A DNA stretch of 64,000 bases from assembly GCA_047947115.1 (NCBI GenBank), contig CP170459.1, positions 5,664,001-5,728,000 of the forward strand. Reading direction: 5' to 3'. Position 1 is the first letter of the stretch. Each line of letters opens with the position of its first letter. Shown in pieces: positions 62,493-64,000 of this stretch. Below the pieces are notes generated by a model that was not told where the DNA came from, searched no databases, and worked only from the letters and a program-made list of their open reading frames with translations. Origin of the DNA: Verrucomicrobiota bacterium (GTDB lineage Bacteria; Verrucomicrobiota; Verrucomicrobiia; Limisphaerales; AAA164-E04). Position numbers and translations under genes: made by a program.

Positions 62493-62520
62493 ATGTTAAG
62501 AACTACAGCATTCATTGCAA
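62493..62520 (-). promoter_or_regulatory. Putative sigma70 promoter (leaderless geometry)
   Basis: Minus strand TTGCAA-N16-TAACAT-N6-ATG(62486). Confidence 0.5.
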
Positions 62521-62551
62521 GTCCCAAGAATGAAAGGATGACCTGCGGGAC

Positions 62552-62585
62552 AAAAGAAAACCCCTGTTGCAAATTGCAACAGGGG
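62552..62585 (-). terminator. Intrinsic terminator
   Basis: CCCCTGTTGCA-aat-TGCAACAGGGG (62561-62585), followed on the minus strand by TTTTCTTTT. Confidence 0.88.
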
Positions 62586-62614
62586 CTTAAGAAAAAACGA
62601 TAGTTTTGGGCGAA

Positions 62615-62785
62615 TCAGCGCCCTTCCATGATATTGGTTGGCAACCCGTGTTCCCAGCTTCGAGGCTGACTCCAGGGGCGAGCGGACGTGTTTTCCGGAT
62701 CGGGTGTTGAGCAGCCAGTCAGCCCTCCAAGGGTTAACAGAACAAACCCAAACATGACAAAACCTATTTTAAGCCACACCTGCAT
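62615..62785 (-). CDS. Small lipoprotein (56 aa), absent from the ORF track
   Basis: MQVWLKIGFVMFGFVLLTLGGLTGCSTPDPENTSARPWSQPRSWEHGLPTNIMEGR*; LTGC lipobox. Starts 15 nt after the upstream stop and ends just before the terminator. Confidence 0.8.
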   Translation of the reverse strand: MQVWLKIGFVMFGFVLLTLGGLTGCSTPDPENTSARPWSQPRSWEHGLPTNIMEGR

Positions 62786-62800
62786 ATCGTGAATGAATGA

Positions 62801-63550
62801 TCAGTAAAGAACAACATCTCCAACCTGGATGTCAGTCTGCAGCCATCCTGGCATGACGTTGGCGATGGAGCGGTCCTTTTCCACTGAAGAGATTTGCACT
62901 TTGCCAACCAGCTTACCTTCGCGGCTGACAAGCATCTCACCATTTTCCAAAGCACCGTCTTCTTCGCCCACGTTGAGCACCACAAATCCCCAATCAGGAT
63001 CCACGGAAAGCACGGAACCTTCCAGCCCATCACGCATGACAACCTTTTGGGAAGGTCCAACGAAACGGCTCAGTTCGTATTGGGTCTGATCCAACTGACG
63101 GGTTATGATCTCCTTTTCAGCTTCGATGGCGGCGATCTGGTTGTTGGCCTCCTGGAGCTGTTCCTTCATGGAAATCACATACTCCTGACTGACTCCCAGG
63201 CCTTTCCAAGTCTGTAATTCACGGCGAGCATCGGTCAAGGCATCGGTCGCTTCGGTCAACTGTGCGTCCAACTGGTCACCACGGGCCTTTTGCTGAGCCA
63301 GGGCCAGTCCCGCATTTTTAAGACTGTCTTTGGCTTCGGTCAGCTCACCCCGCAGCGTTTCAGCTGCTTCTTCAGCTTCACGTTGGGCGCTTTCAGCGGA
63401 TCGTTGGGCACTTTCGGCCTGGCTTCTAGCGGTGTTGGCCGTTGCCAGATCTGATTCCAAACCTGCGATTTTCGGCGCCACCTGGAATTGAGTAATTCCC
63501 AACGCTCCCAGTCCCAGTAAAATGACTAATATTAAGCCTGCTCTCAGCAT
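62801..63550 (-). CDS. Membrane-anchored coiled-coil protein with C-terminal beta-barrel-like domain
   Basis: N-terminal TM, long heptad region, C-terminal VDPDWGFVVLNVG..DG...LVSREGKLVGKVQI...IQVGDVV. Confidence 0.85.
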   Translation of the reverse strand: MLRAGLILVILLGLGALGITQFQVAPKIAGLESDLATANTARSQAESAQRSAESAQREAEEAAETLRGELTEAKDSLKNAGLALAQQKARGDQLDAQLTEATDALTDARRELQTWKGLGVSQEYVISMKEQLQEANNQIAAIEAEKEIITRQLDQTQYELSRFVGPSQKVVMRDGLEGSVLSVDPDWGFVVLNVGEEDGALENGEMLVSREGKLVGKVQISSVEKDRSIANVMPGWLQTDIQVGDVVLY

Positions 63551-63584
63551 AATCGATAAATTTATAAAGGTTACGAGTGGCGAC

Positions 63585-63614
63585 AGACTAGAGGAAATTC
63601 CGTTGCCCTGTCAA
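63585..63614 (-). promoter_or_regulatory. Putative sigma70 promoter
   Basis: Minus strand TTGACA-N18-TAGTCT, 34 nt before ATG 63550. Confidence 0.55.
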
Positions 63615-63661
63615 CTGTCGCATTCAATTAACTTTGATCCTGTTTTCCCAAATAAGTTCAA

Positions 63662-64000
63662 TTAACTCAGGATACGTTTTCCTTCACTCAGGAAGATTCC
63701 CTGGAAGTTCATCTTCAACGCATCTGCGTTGGAAGCCTTGGTAAGGGCTTCTTCTTCACTGACCAAACGATCTTTCACCAGTTTGAACAGGGCTTGATTG
63801 AAATTCTGCATTCCGTCCTCACCACCCGTTTCAATGCCTACACCCAATTTTTCCAAGCGATTTTCTTCAATCAACTTACGCATGGTCGGCGTATTAACCA
63901 TCACTTCGATCGCAGGAATCACGCCCCCTCCGATTTTACCCACCATGCGCTGACAAACAACAGCCCGCAAGGTCCCGGCCAGCTGACGACGGATCTGATC
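63662..64000 (-). CDS. PilT/PilU-family type IV pilus ATPase, C-terminal part (truncated by window edge)
   Basis: QIRRQLAGTLRAVVCQR...PAIEVMVNTP..RKLI...GMQNFNQAL..LV. Confidence 0.88.
   Translation of the reverse strand, partial: DQIRRQLAGTLRAVVCQRMVGKIGGGVIPAIEVMVNTPTMRKLIEENRLEKLGVGIETGGEDGMQNFNQALFKLVKDRLVSEEEALTKASNADALKMNFQGIFLSEGKRILS

Noticed and set aside
28284..64000. Secretin plus PilT/U as a single type IV pilus locus
   Set aside because: They are about 33 kb apart with unrelated genes between and no pilMNOP, pilC or pilins in view. A trans-acting link cannot be excluded.

Overview
Gene-dense bacterial chromosomal window. The gene content (DUF1501, DUF1549/DUF1553 and PVC-type CxxCH cytochromes, a long GreA, a sulfatase) suggests the PVC superphylum, most likely Verrucomicrobiota; this is inference. 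Housekeeping genes (rho, RlmD-like, rsmB, uvrA, greA, manA/manB, mobA, feoA-feoA-feoB, lctP, partial pilT/U) are mixed with many exported c-type cytochrome and beta-propeller oxidoreductase genes. I found no rRNA, tRNA, CRISPR array or transposase. Signals not explained by the ORF track: (1) a ~245-nt nested multi-stem RNA-like element with an alternative 3' pairing, between greA and uvrA; (2) an orphan secretin with a ~300-aa C-terminal extension, apparently co-transcribed with a cyclic-nucleotide-binding MscS channel; (3) a Rho with a synonymously diversified collagen-like (GPK)8 N-terminus and a three-hairpin leader; (4) a recurring sigma70 promoter-N6/7-ATG geometry suggesting leaderless mRNAs; (5) a missed 56-aa lipoprotein, a decayed DmeF-type CDF transporter remnant and a frameshifted exported protein. 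All family assignments come from motifs recognised by eye; no database searches were run. Several start codons were moved from the ORF-track positions.
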